A DNA stretch of 27,056 nt from Deltaproteobacteria bacterium (lineage in GTDB: Bacteria > Myxococcota_A > Polyangia > Polyangiales > Ga0077539): assembly GCA_030694465.1 (NCBI GenBank), contig JAUXYJ010000103.1, positions 1 to 27,056 of the forward strand. The letters run 5' to 3'. How positions within the stretch are numbered: the first letter of the stretch is position 1; every line of letters begins with the position of its first letter. Below are positions 1 through 8,039 of this stretch, one piece after another. A model generated the notes under the pieces. That model saw only the letters and a program-made list of their open reading frames with translations, did not search any database and was not told the origin of the DNA. The position numbers and the translations under genes were made by a program.

Positions 1-213
1 GGGCGTGCGTGAGTAGGGCTCGATCACGCAGGGGCGCATGGCGATGCGGCCCAACAGCCCGCGCTCACGCAGGCCCTCGGCGTTATCGCGAGGCTCGGCG
101 ACGATGTCCAAGGCGAGAGAGACCAAGCTCACAGATTCTTCGAGGGTGACATCGCAGTGGGGCGCCAGCGTCGCGTCTGCGAGCCCCTTGGCGAAGAGGT
201 CGTGCCACTTCAT
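1..213 (-). CDS. Hypothetical protein, N-terminal part only; the gene runs off the 5' edge of the window
   Basis: Reverse-strand frame from ATG (complement of 211-213) reads MKWHDLFAKGLADATLAPHCDVTLEESVSLVSLALDIV... with high GC3 and no stop before position 1. The ORF track omits it because it has no in-window stop. An in-frame stop lies just upstream (complement around 262). Confidence 0.4.
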   Translation of the reverse strand, partial: MKWHDLFAKGLADATLAPHCDVTLEESVSLVSLALDIVAEPRDNAEGLRERGLLGRIAMRPCVIEPYSRTP

Positions 214-282
214 CGGGCAGCGCAATGCAGCGCAGGTGCCAGCGCGAGGGGGTACGTGATTTCAACGGGTTGCGTGTGCGTG

Positions 283-369
283 CATGGCGGGCTCCATGGC
301 GGCGGCCATGGCGGTGCACCCGTTGGCAGGCGCTCGGCCAACGTTGGCTGGCACTCGGCCAACGTTGGC
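283..369. promoter_or_regulatory. Phased repeat arrays in the divergent intergenic region: three CATGGCGG copies at a 12-bp period (283-314), then three CGTTGGC half-sites at a 21-bp period (321-369), two of them perfect 12-bp palindromes GCCAACGTTGGC at 337-348 and 358-369
   Basis: Read directly from the sequence. The arrays sit between divergent starts at 213 (minus) and 539 (plus). Perfect dyad symmetry at a two-helical-turn spacing is typical of an operator for a dimeric or tetrameric regulator. Confidence 0.5.
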
Positions 370-538
370 AGTGTGCGAGCGGCGACGTCGCCGGGTGAGA
401 TGGGCAAACCAGGCAAAGAGATAACCTTCGCTTCGAAGCCCCTTTTTGCACGCTTCACGCGCACGCAGCCCTCGAAGCAGAGTATCACGCAGCCCAACAC
501 ATCTCTTTGCACCACTCGCCCTCGACCGCACACCTGCC

Positions 539-1519
539 ATGACCGACCCTTCGCCTTCAGAGCCCACAGCAGCCCCCGAGCCCGCAACGCCGCGCGTACC
601 CAAGCGCGTGGTCGCCTCACGCAGCGGAGCCGCCAACGCCAAGGCCGCCGCCAAAATCGGCGCCGCTGAGCGGGACTTCAAAAAGTACCTCCCGTACATC
701 GGCGTCGCGTCCACCATCGGAGTGCTCGCGCTGCTCGTGCGGACCCCAAGGTTTGCCTCGGCCGGCTGCCTCGCGATCGGCTGCGTGCTTGGCGCGCTCT
801 TGCTCTGGCTTGGGCACAGCTACCGCGTGTCGCTCCCCGCGGACGACAAGCTCCGATGGATGCTCACGCCCATCACCGCGATGATCTTGGCCGTCGCGTT
901 TGTGCCCTTCGCGCGGGTGGTGTTTCCGCCCCCACCGGTGGGCGTCGTGCAGCTCAGCGCCTCGGACGAGCATCACGAAATCCCTGTAAATTCGGCCACC
1001 AATCTCTGGATCGACGTGTCGGGTCGCCAATCCCCGACTGCCGTCGGACTCGCGGACTACACCCTCGCCCTCTCGCTCGACGCGCAGCGCCAGCGCGTCG
1101 CCGGGCGCCTGCGCGGAGAGCCCGGTGACCCTGTCCTGCACGAACGCAACACCCTCGCGATCCACGGCCCAGGCACCCTGCGCGTCGAGCTCCGTGGGCT
1201 CTCAAGCGCCATCGCCACGCCCATCACCGTGCAAGTGCACGGGCGCCTGGTCCCCACAATGCCGCTGCTCGTGGTGCTCGGCGCCCTGTGGATCCTCGCT
1301 GCGATGATCGACACTGCGCTCTACCGCCGCGGCGTCGAGCCCTCCTACGCTGCCGCGATGGGCATCCCGCTCATCGCCGTGGCCTACTACCAACTGCGCA
1401 CCATCACCGGCGAGAGCATGCCCACAGAGCTCGCTGGCGGCGCCCTCTTGGGTGCGATCTTGGGCGGCCTCGGCGGTGAAGTCCTCGCGCGTATCGGCCG
1501 CATGCTCGCCCCCAAGTGA
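539..1519 (+). CDS. Polytopic membrane protein of unknown function (three N-terminal TM helices, a central beta-rich extracytoplasmic segment, C-terminal TM helices)
   Basis: ATG at 539 inside the 446-1519 ORF. Hydrophobic helices include VASTIGVLALLV, CLAIGCVLGALLLWL and PLLVVLGALWILAAMI. GC3 is high. No family recognised. Confidence 0.6.
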   Translation: MTDPSPSEPTAAPEPATPRVPKRVVASRSGAANAKAAAKIGAAERDFKKYLPYIGVASTIGVLALLVRTPRFASAGCLAIGCVLGALLLWLGHSYRVSLPADDKLRWMLTPITAMILAVAFVPFARVVFPPPPVGVVQLSASDEHHEIPVNSATNLWIDVSGRQSPTAVGLADYTLALSLDAQRQRVAGRLRGEPGDPVLHERNTLAIHGPGTLRVELRGLSSAIATPITVQVHGRLVPTMPLLVVLGALWILAAMIDTALYRRGVEPSYAAAMGIPLIAVAYYQLRTITGESMPTELAGGALLGAILGGLGGEVLARIGRMLAPK

Positions 1520-1529
1520 TCGCACGCGA

Positions 1530-2423
1530 TCAGCGATTGGGCTGCAAAATCACACTCGATGCAAAGCCCGCCGACAAGCGATAGTCCTTGCCCCCTTCGG
1601 CCTGCACGGTGACATCGCGGTAGCTCGACACGGTCACCCGCACCTCGCGCGTGCGAAAGTTCGCCTGCGTAAGCAACCCCGAGGGCACCCACACGCGGCC
1701 GCTCGTGCGCGGGATGCAGACGATGGTTGGCGCGGGGTTTCCGGAGTCGCGGGCTTCGAGCGTCACGAGGGCGCTGGTCCCATTGGCGCTGCGCCAGCGC
1801 AGATCCAGGTCCCCCATGGTAGGCCACGGGCCGACCGCGAGGGCGGTGGGCGAGGTGATCTCAACGGGCCCTGGGAGCGTCGTGTTCGCGGTGAGATCCG
1901 TGAGCGTATCTCCATCGATTTCGGCACCTGAGCGCACGCTCACCGCGGCCCCGGCCATCAGCGCTTCGCAGCCCGCAAACGGCGCGTTGATGCCCGCGGC
2001 ACCCACCATCCCGATGCGCATGCTTGGGCACAGCGCGATGGTCTCGTTGAGCGAGCCCACAGTGACGTCAAGCGCACCGGCACAGACCCAATTCTGCAAG
2101 GGAATTTGCAGGTCTACCGCAGGCGGATACATCACACACTCGCCCTCGCGTGCGAGCATGTTGCGCGACCGCCCGTTGCCCGCGCTCGGGTCAAAGAGCA
2201 GCGCTTGCACACCACAGCGCGCAGTCTCGCCCGCCGACGTCGGGGGCCTGTACGCGGTAAACACCACCGAGCGCGTGGGCGTCATGGTGGACTCTAGGTA
2301 GGGCCCCGCGGAGGGCAACGGGCCGCCCATTTCACCGGGCGGCGCGCCACACGAGGCCATCGCGGACAAGAGCAGCGTTGAGGTCACACGGGGCAGCAAA
2401 GCGAGCGTCACAGGGGTCTTCAT
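1530..2423 (-). CDS. Lipoprotein with a Cys-rich mature domain, function unknown
   Basis: Signal peptide MKTPVTLALLPRVTSTLLLSAMASC with a lipobox-like LSAMASC. GC3 about 85%. The overlapping plus-strand ORF 1651-2301 is S/P/R-rich junk. Confidence 0.65.
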   Translation of the reverse strand: MKTPVTLALLPRVTSTLLLSAMASCGAPPGEMGGPLPSAGPYLESTMTPTRSVVFTAYRPPTSAGETARCGVQALLFDPSAGNGRSRNMLAREGECVMYPPAVDLQIPLQNWVCAGALDVTVGSLNETIALCPSMRIGMVGAAGINAPFAGCEALMAGAAVSVRSGAEIDGDTLTDLTANTTLPGPVEITSPTALAVGPWPTMGDLDLRWRSANGTSALVTLEARDSGNPAPTIVCIPRTSGRVWVPSGLLTQANFRTREVRVTVSSYRDVTVQAEGGKDYRLSAGFASSVILQPNR

Positions 2424-2456
2424 GGCGTGCGCCCGAGGGTAGCACCCACGCGACGT

Positions 2457-3401
2457 TTACCGCCCCGAATGCGGCGATTTGACCATCAAGCGCGCGCGGA
2501 CCCAGCGCTGAAAGGGCACGCGTTCGCCGCTGATCAGCCAGCGCCTGCGGTCGTACTGCTCGTCCACACGATCTGGGATCTCAGAGTTAAGCGCCTGTCG
2601 GACCTCCCCCTGCACCGCGACACGACGCCAGTTGCGAAAGCCACCACCGTCGCTGCGCGAGCCGCCAGGATAGCGGTCGGTCAGGGTGCGCGCGGACATG
2701 CTGTTGTCTGGGTGGCCATCGATCATGTGCACTTGGCCATCGGGGTCGACACGCCACACGATCAGCACGTGCCCGTTGGGGTTGTAATACACCGTGCCTG
2801 GGTGCACCGAGTGGCGATCCACGCGGGTGGGGTACGTGTCGCTTCCCGCGACCTCGGGGCCCATGCGATAAAACCCCGAGTCTACGTCGCTGGCGAGCGC
2901 GTTAAAGAGCGCCCTGGGGGTGCGATAATCCGTCCAGCGGCGCAGGCCTGCGGGGCGCACACTGGAGCGATAGCGGCGATCACGGCCATGGCCCACGGTG
3001 TCACGCGCCCACACAAACGGGAGCCCTTGCCTGAAGGCAAAGTACGCACGCAAGGTGTAGGGCACATCGCCGCAGTCGGCGTGCAAGTTGAGTGGGCGCC
3101 GCGACGCGACGTGCAGGGGGTTGATCCTGGGGTTGTTGAGGCAACGCGAGAGCGTGCCGCAGCGGTGCTCGGACACGCCACGGCCAATGGCGGTGACAAA
3201 CTGGCCGAACTCAGTTTCTGCTTGATCGTTCCAGACGCGGCGGGCAGGCCAGGCTTGCGCCATGGGCTGGTCAAAGGGGTTGGGACCATCCGCAAGAGCG
3301 CTGGCGGACATCAATGTCACACACGCTGCAGCCGAGGCTCCGACCAGAGATGAAAGAGGGCGCTTCAGAGAGCGCCCTGCCTGGGGGAGGGTTTCTTTCA
3401 T
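2457..3401 (-). CDS. Secreted protein of unknown function; may have a papain-like (NlpC/P60 or CHAP-like) Cys...His arrangement
   Basis: Signal peptide (LVGASAAACVTLMSASALA). Conserved-looking HADCGDVPYTLRAYFAFRQG and NPNGHVLIVWRVDPDGQVHMIDGHPDNS segments. The family assignment is a guess. Confidence 0.55.
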   Translation of the reverse strand: MKETLPQAGRSLKRPLSSLVGASAAACVTLMSASALADGPNPFDQPMAQAWPARRVWNDQAETEFGQFVTAIGRGVSEHRCGTLSRCLNNPRINPLHVASRRPLNLHADCGDVPYTLRAYFAFRQGLPFVWARDTVGHGRDRRYRSSVRPAGLRRWTDYRTPRALFNALASDVDSGFYRMGPEVAGSDTYPTRVDRHSVHPGTVYYNPNGHVLIVWRVDPDGQVHMIDGHPDNSMSARTLTDRYPGGSRSDGGGFRNWRRVAVQGEVRQALNSEIPDRVDEQYDRRRWLISGERVPFQRWVRARLMVKSPHSGR

Positions 3402-3511
3402 GACGCAGCCAGACTACCGCGTGTCAGCGAGCAGCGATAGACTTGATTATCCCTTTGAAATGATTAGGTTTTTGGGTTTATGGACCCCAGGAGTGACGAG
3501 GTGGTCATTCG

Positions 3512-3527
3512 TCAGCAAATTTGCTGA
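3512..3527. promoter_or_regulatory. Perfect 16-bp palindrome TCAGCAAATTTGCTGA in an AT-richer spacer
   Basis: Seen directly. It lies 10 nt past the stop of the regulator gene and about 115 nt upstream of the start of the secreted-protein gene (3401). It could be an operator or a short terminator hairpin. Confidence 0.35.
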
Positions 3528-3537
3528 GTTCACCGAA

Positions 3538-4926
3538 CTACTCGCTCGGCTCGTCCTCGTCGTCACCGCTCCGCCGGATCCCCAGGGCGCGCATCTTTTT
3601 GTAAAAATGCGACCGCTCGAGCCCTAAATCACGTGCCGCGTGCGTGGCGTTTCCCTTGTGGTGATCGAGCGCGCGCTGGACGAAGTCTCGCTCGGCGCTC
3701 TCGGTCATTTCGCGCAGCGACAAGCCCGGTCGGTAATACCCATCGGCGCTCGCACCCGCAGAGCCTCCGGTGACCGCGCGCACGTCGTGCTCATCGATCA
3801 CGTCGTGGGTCGTGAGAATCACCAAGCGCTCGACGAGGTTCTTGAGCTCGCGCACGTTGCCCGCGAACGACTGCTTGGCCAACAAGGTCATGGCCGAGGG
3901 CTGGATGCTCTTGAGCGAGCGATCATTGGCCTCGCAGCTCGCGGGCAAAAACGCCGAGACCAGCAGCGGCACATCTTCGCGTCGCATCCGCAACGGCGGA
4001 ACGTGAATGTTCAGCACGTTGAGCCGATCGTACAAATCCGCGCGAAATCGCCCGGTACTCACGTCACTCACGAGGTCTCGATTGGTCGCCGCTACGATGC
4101 GCACATTCACCTTGTGGACCTCGTGCCCGCCCACGCGCTCAAGCTCGCCTTCTTGCAGCACCCGCAGGAGCTTGGCCTGCATCGCGGCGGGCATGTCTCC
4201 CACCTCGTCCAAGAACAGCGTGCCCCCGTGCGCGCGCTCGAATTTGCCCCGACGCAACCGCGCTGCGCCCGTAAAAGAGCCGGCCTCGTGGCCAAAGAGC
4301 TCGCTCTCGATGAGCTCTGCGGGGACGGCTGCGCAGTTGAGCTTCTCAAGCGGCCCCTGCGCGCGCTTAGAGCCCTCGTGAACCGCCCGCGCGACGAGCT
4401 CTTTGCCGGTGCCACGCTCGCCCGTGACCAGCACGGTGGCGTTGGCGTTGGCAGCGAGACGCACGCGCTCGCGCAGCTCGCGCATGGTGCTGCTGTCGCC
4501 CAAGAGCCCCGAGCCTACGCCGGTCAATCGCCTGAGCTTCTTGTTCTCGGCCGAGAGCCGCACGAGCTCGAGCGTGTTGGCGATCGTGAGCAAGAGCTTG
4601 TCGGTCGAGAGCGGCTTCTCAAGAAAGTCCTGCGCGCCCAGCCGCGTCGCTGACACCGCGGTCTCGATGGTGCCGTGCCCAGACATCACGATCACCGGGG
4701 TATCAATGCCCTGTGCACGCGCGCGCTCGAGCACCGCGAGGCCGTCTAAGCCCGGGAGCTGCACGTCCATCAAGACAAGGTCATGCGCACGCGAGCCCAT
4801 GCGATCAAGCGCGCTGGGCCCGTCGACCGCAGAGTCTACGTCGTAGCCCTCGACTTTGAGCGCACTGCGAATGGTACGAACGATATTCGGCTCGTCGTCC
4901 ACAACCAGAATGGATGCACGTCCCAC
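3538..4926 (-). CDS. Sigma-54-dependent transcriptional response regulator (NtrC/AtoC family): receiver, AAA+ sigma-54 activation domain and a Fis-type HTH
   Basis: Receiver ILVVDDEP...DLVLMDVQLPGLDG. Walker A GERGTGKE, the GAFTGA-type loop ESELFGHEAGSFTGA, and LFLDEVGDM. C-terminal HTH ATHAARDLGLERSHFYKKMRALGI. The ORF track extends to 4965 (GTG). GTG at 4926 is the more plausible start, six residues ahead of ILVVDD. Confidence 0.85.
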   Translation of the reverse strand: MGRASILVVDDEPNIVRTIRSALKVEGYDVDSAVDGPSALDRMGSRAHDLVLMDVQLPGLDGLAVLERARAQGIDTPVIVMSGHGTIETAVSATRLGAQDFLEKPLSTDKLLLTIANTLELVRLSAENKKLRRLTGVGSGLLGDSSTMRELRERVRLAANANATVLVTGERGTGKELVARAVHEGSKRAQGPLEKLNCAAVPAELIESELFGHEAGSFTGAARLRRGKFERAHGGTLFLDEVGDMPAAMQAKLLRVLQEGELERVGGHEVHKVNVRIVAATNRDLVSDVSTGRFRADLYDRLNVLNIHVPPLRMRREDVPLLVSAFLPASCEANDRSLKSIQPSAMTLLAKQSFAGNVRELKNLVERLVILTTHDVIDEHDVRAVTGGSAGASADGYYRPGLSLREMTESAERDFVQRALDHHKGNATHAARDLGLERSHFYKKMRALGIRRSGDDEDEPSE

Positions 4927-4996
4927 AAGCGTCAGTGTATGCGACAACGCCCGCTCGCCACGCACACTCTTTGCAACCGCTCACCCATTGTCCGCG

Positions 4997-7858
4997 ATGA
5001 ACGCACGCACCCTCGCCGCCCTCGCTCTCGCTGGCGCCGCCTCGCTCGCCGCCGAATCGCTCGGCGCGGTGCTCTTGCGCCCCGCCCTGGGCGCGGGCTC
5101 ACTCACGTCCGCGGCCATGGTCGCCGCGGCCCTCGCGGGGCTCGCCACCGGCGCACTGATCGCCCTTCGTGCGCACAAGCACCAGCGATTTCGCTGGCTA
5201 AGTGCACACGGCCCGAGCGCCCTCTTGGGCACCCTCGCCCTCGCCACTCTGGCCCTCCCGCGCGCCCTCCCTGCCCTGGCCACGGTGATCGCCCCTGCCC
5301 TGTACGCGGTCCCCTCGGCCCTGCGCGCTGCCCTCGCGGCCCTGTGCGTCCTGCCCCTGACCACCCTGTCCGGGGCAGCGTTTTCGCTCCTCGCCGCACG
5401 CACCGACGACCGCGCATCTGAGCGCACGGCCCTCGCGTCGGCCGCTTCGTCCATGGGCTCGGCGCTGGCCTCGTTGCTCTTGCTCGCCTGGGCGGCGCCC
5501 ACCCTCGGGGCCCTGCACACGCTCGACCTCGCGGCGGTTCTCTTCGCGCTCTCTGCTCTTTGTGCGCACACTTCGCTTGTAGATTTGCAGCTCGAATCAG
5601 CAGTTGACCAAGCGCCGACGGTCCGCACTCCCCACGCGATCGCGGCGATCCTCGCGCTCGTGGGCTTTGCCTCGATCACCGTGCAGCTCGCCGTCTTGCG
5701 CGTGCTCCAGCTCGCGTTCGCCCCGACGATCGTAGCGTTTGCCGCGACGCTCGCGGGTCACACCCTCGCCCTCGCCCTCGGAGAGATCGCGACCCTCGCG
5801 TGGCTCAAGCGAAAATCCCTGACAATTCACAGCACAAGTGAGCACGCCAGTCTCCGCGTAGCCATTGCGCTCCTCGTCTTCGGTGCCCTGCTCAGCACCT
5901 GGCTCTCGCGCGCGTTTCCCTTTGCGGTCGCGAGGATGATCTCCGTCAGCGGCGTGTCGTTTGAGCGCATGTTAGCTGCAGCATTTGTGTGCGCGCTCGT
6001 TATCTCGCTCATCCCCATGGGTGCGGTAGGAGCAACACTGTCTCTCTCAGCGCGCAGTGTTGCTCCTGGCGCAACACAGGCCACCCCGCGCGCGGTGCTA
6101 TGGCTCGCCGTGGGCAACACGCTCGCAGCCCTCGTCGCGCCCGCGATGCTCATGCCACGGGTGGGACCGCAGGGGCTCATGGCCGCGAGCGCCCTGTGCG
6201 CGATGCTCGCACTTGGCCTGCATATTCACAGAACAGAATCACTCGGTGCCCGCAAAACAACGCTAGCCCTCGCCCTCGCGTTTACCCTCGGCGCAGCCCA
6301 GCTCGCGCGCACCGTCGATGGGCACACGCTCACCAGCGCGCCGTCGCTCTACACCGCGCAGACCTCGCTCGGGACCCTCGCCTCGATTCGGCACGAGCCC
6401 CTGGCCACCGTGTCCATCCGCAGAGACTCTAGCGGCGAGATCGCCCTGCAAATCGACGGAAAAATCGACGCGACCGCCCTCGGAGATGCCCCCACCCAGA
6501 CCCTCCTTGGGCTCATCGCGCCCACGCTCGTCGCGCGCCCCACGCGCGCGCTGGTCTTGGGCCTCGGCTCGGGTCAGACCGTGCAGGCCCTACGCGCGGT
6601 CCCGGGAGTCTCACACGTCCGTGTGATCGAGCGCCTCGAGGGCGTCATCGCGGCCGCGCAGGGGCCCTTTGCGCAGAGCAACGGAGACGTCCTGCGCCAA
6701 GCCAACGTCGAGCTTGTACGCGACGACGCCATGCTGGTCTTGCGGGCGAGCCCGGCGCGCTACGACGTGATCGTGTCCGAGCCGTCTAACCCGTGGGTGT
6801 CGGGCATGGCGGCGCTGTTTACCGAGCAATTTTTCAGGCTAGCGAGAGAGCGGCTCACCGACGGAGGCGCGATGGCCGTGTGGTTTCACGGCGGAGACAG
6901 CGCGCTCACTGCGTCGATTTGCGCCACGTTTGTCAGCGTGTTCGCGAGCGCGGCCCTCGTCGAGCTGGATGCCCGCGGCGACTGGATGCTCTTGGGCTTC
7001 GCGCGGCGCCCCTCGCTCGACGTCGACGCCATGCAGCGACGCTTCGAGGACCCGTCGCTCGAGGCCCTGCGTGCTCGCGCCGAGACCCCTGATTTGGCCA
7101 CGCTCTTGGGCCGCTTTGTCGCAGGTCCCGAGGGCCTCAGGGCCATCTCGGCGTCGGGTGAGGTGCTGCAACAAGACGCGCTTTACTTGGAGTTTCGCGG
7201 GCTCCGCGCAGGCGATGGCCCGCTCGCTGCGATGGCGCTGGTGCAGCGCGCGCAAGACCTCCCGCTCGCCGGACTCGGCGCACACGGTCGCGCGCTCACG
7301 ACCCTCTTGGACGACGCGAGCGCGTCCCGCGAGGCAGGGATGCACGCACGACAACGCGAGTCGCTCTTTGCGCGCGGAGCCCTCGATCAAGCCCTGCGCG
7401 AGGGCGAGCTCGCCGTGGCCGCCGCGCCTCACAACGAGAGCCACCGCCATGCGCTCGCGAGGCTCTATCTCCGCAGGGCGCTGCTGCGCAAACGTGGGGG
7501 CGAGCTCGGGAGCGCCATCGACGACTTGCGCAGCGTGTTAGAGAGCCACGGACAGCCACAAGACACATTTCGAGCAGCAGTTTTGCTCGCCGAATGGCGC
7601 GCAGGGACCATCGATCCGCTGGGCACCATGCGCGCACTTGAGCGCGCGATCTCGGTCGCGGACGCGATGCACGCGCGTATCCCGGGCATTCGGCTGACGC
7701 AAGCGAGGCTCAAGGCGTCGATCGGCGACTACGTCGTGGCGCGCGCGCTCATTGAGCAAGCGGGGCGCGAGTGCGACACGGACGCGACCTGTGCTGCGGT
7801 CCAGACGCTGCGGCGCGAGCTCAACGCGGTGTCACCGGCCGAGACTCACGCACCCTAG
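4997..7858 (+). CDS. Fused membrane protein: N-terminal polytopic (MFS-like) domain, a spermidine-synthase-like (PABS/SpeE fold) domain and C-terminal TPR-like repeats
   Basis: ATG at 4997 (MNARTLAALALAGAASLAA) avoids overlap with the divergent regulator. More than ten hydrophobic helices. PABS-like motifs LVLGLGSGQT, DVIVSEPSNPWVSGMAALFTEQFF and GGAMAVWFHG. The C-terminus is helical and repeat-like (ALARLYLRRALL...). Confidence 0.75.
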   Translation: MNARTLAALALAGAASLAAESLGAVLLRPALGAGSLTSAAMVAAALAGLATGALIALRAHKHQRFRWLSAHGPSALLGTLALATLALPRALPALATVIAPALYAVPSALRAALAALCVLPLTTLSGAAFSLLAARTDDRASERTALASAASSMGSALASLLLLAWAAPTLGALHTLDLAAVLFALSALCAHTSLVDLQLESAVDQAPTVRTPHAIAAILALVGFASITVQLAVLRVLQLAFAPTIVAFAATLAGHTLALALGEIATLAWLKRKSLTIHSTSEHASLRVAIALLVFGALLSTWLSRAFPFAVARMISVSGVSFERMLAAAFVCALVISLIPMGAVGATLSLSARSVAPGATQATPRAVLWLAVGNTLAALVAPAMLMPRVGPQGLMAASALCAMLALGLHIHRTESLGARKTTLALALAFTLGAAQLARTVDGHTLTSAPSLYTAQTSLGTLASIRHEPLATVSIRRDSSGEIALQIDGKIDATALGDAPTQTLLGLIAPTLVARPTRALVLGLGSGQTVQALRAVPGVSHVRVIERLEGVIAAAQGPFAQSNGDVLRQANVELVRDDAMLVLRASPARYDVIVSEPSNPWVSGMAALFTEQFFRLARERLTDGGAMAVWFHGGDSALTASICATFVSVFASAALVELDARGDWMLLGFARRPSLDVDAMQRRFEDPSLEALRARAETPDLATLLGRFVAGPEGLRAISASGEVLQQDALYLEFRGLRAGDGPLAAMALVQRAQDLPLAGLGAHGRALTTLLDDASASREAGMHARQRESLFARGALDQALREGELAVAAAPHNESHRHALARLYLRRALLRKRGGELGSAIDDLRSVLESHGQPQDTFRAAVLLAEWRAGTIDPLGTMRALERAISVADAMHARIPGIRLTQARLKASIGDYVVARALIEQAGRECDTDATCAAVQTLRRELNAVSPAETHAP

Positions 7859-7890
7859 GGAGCACAAAACTCGGAGGGAGAAATGATAAA

Positions 7891-7937
7891 CGCCGGTCAG
7901 GATGGCGTGGGGGGGGGACCGCCTCGGCTGACCGGCG
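7891..7937. terminator. Two-tier hairpin between convergent genes: 10-bp perfect stem CGCCGGTCAG/CTGACCGGCG enclosing an inner GGCG/CGCC stem and a G9 homopolymer
   Basis: Inverted repeat read directly. On the minus strand it is followed by a T-rich run (GTTTATCATTTCT). It sits in the 181-bp gap between the 7858 plus-strand stop and the 8040 minus-strand stop. Confidence 0.35.
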
Positions 7938-7971
7938 CAAAGAGAGAAAACCATGAAACCAAGACTGCCGC

Positions 7972-8003
7972 AACACGAATTCGTGTTTGCTCTCAATTTT
8001 TTT
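7972..8003 (+). terminator. Perfect 16-bp palindrome AACACGAATTCGTGTT followed by a T7 tract (CAATTTTTTT)
   Basis: Seen directly. It is a candidate intrinsic terminator for the long plus-strand gene, though the U-tract lies about 10 nt from the stem. Confidence 0.3.
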
Positions 8004-8039
8004 GAGATCCCTGCGAATTCAGCGGCGAAGTGATGGTTG

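Noticed and set aside
340-372. TGGCAC...TTGGCA as a possible sigma-54 (-24/-12) promoter, relevant because an NtrC-type activator is nearby
   Set aside because: The GG-to-GC spacing is wrong (10-nt spacer, TTGGCA not TTGC). The element is explained by the palindrome repeats.
2427-3353. 308-aa plus-strand ORF overlapping the secreted-protein gene
   Set aside because: Arg/Ala/Pro-rich composition typical of an out-of-frame read in high-GC DNA. The minus-strand ORF has a signal peptide and high GC3.
3640-4653. 337-aa plus-strand ORF antisense to the sigma-54 activator gene
   Set aside because: It mirrors a gene with unmistakable AAA+/HTH motifs on the other strand and has no motifs of its own.
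5103-5679. Several minus-strand ORFs (GRG/R-rich) inside the 4997-7858 gene
   Set aside because: Low-complexity Arg/Gly translations of the antisense strand of a clearly coding region.
7883-8005. 40-codon sORF after a perfect GGAGG
   Set aside because: It overlaps the terminator hairpins, the codon usage is atypical, and it lies between convergent genes. Kept only as a note inside the spacer finding.
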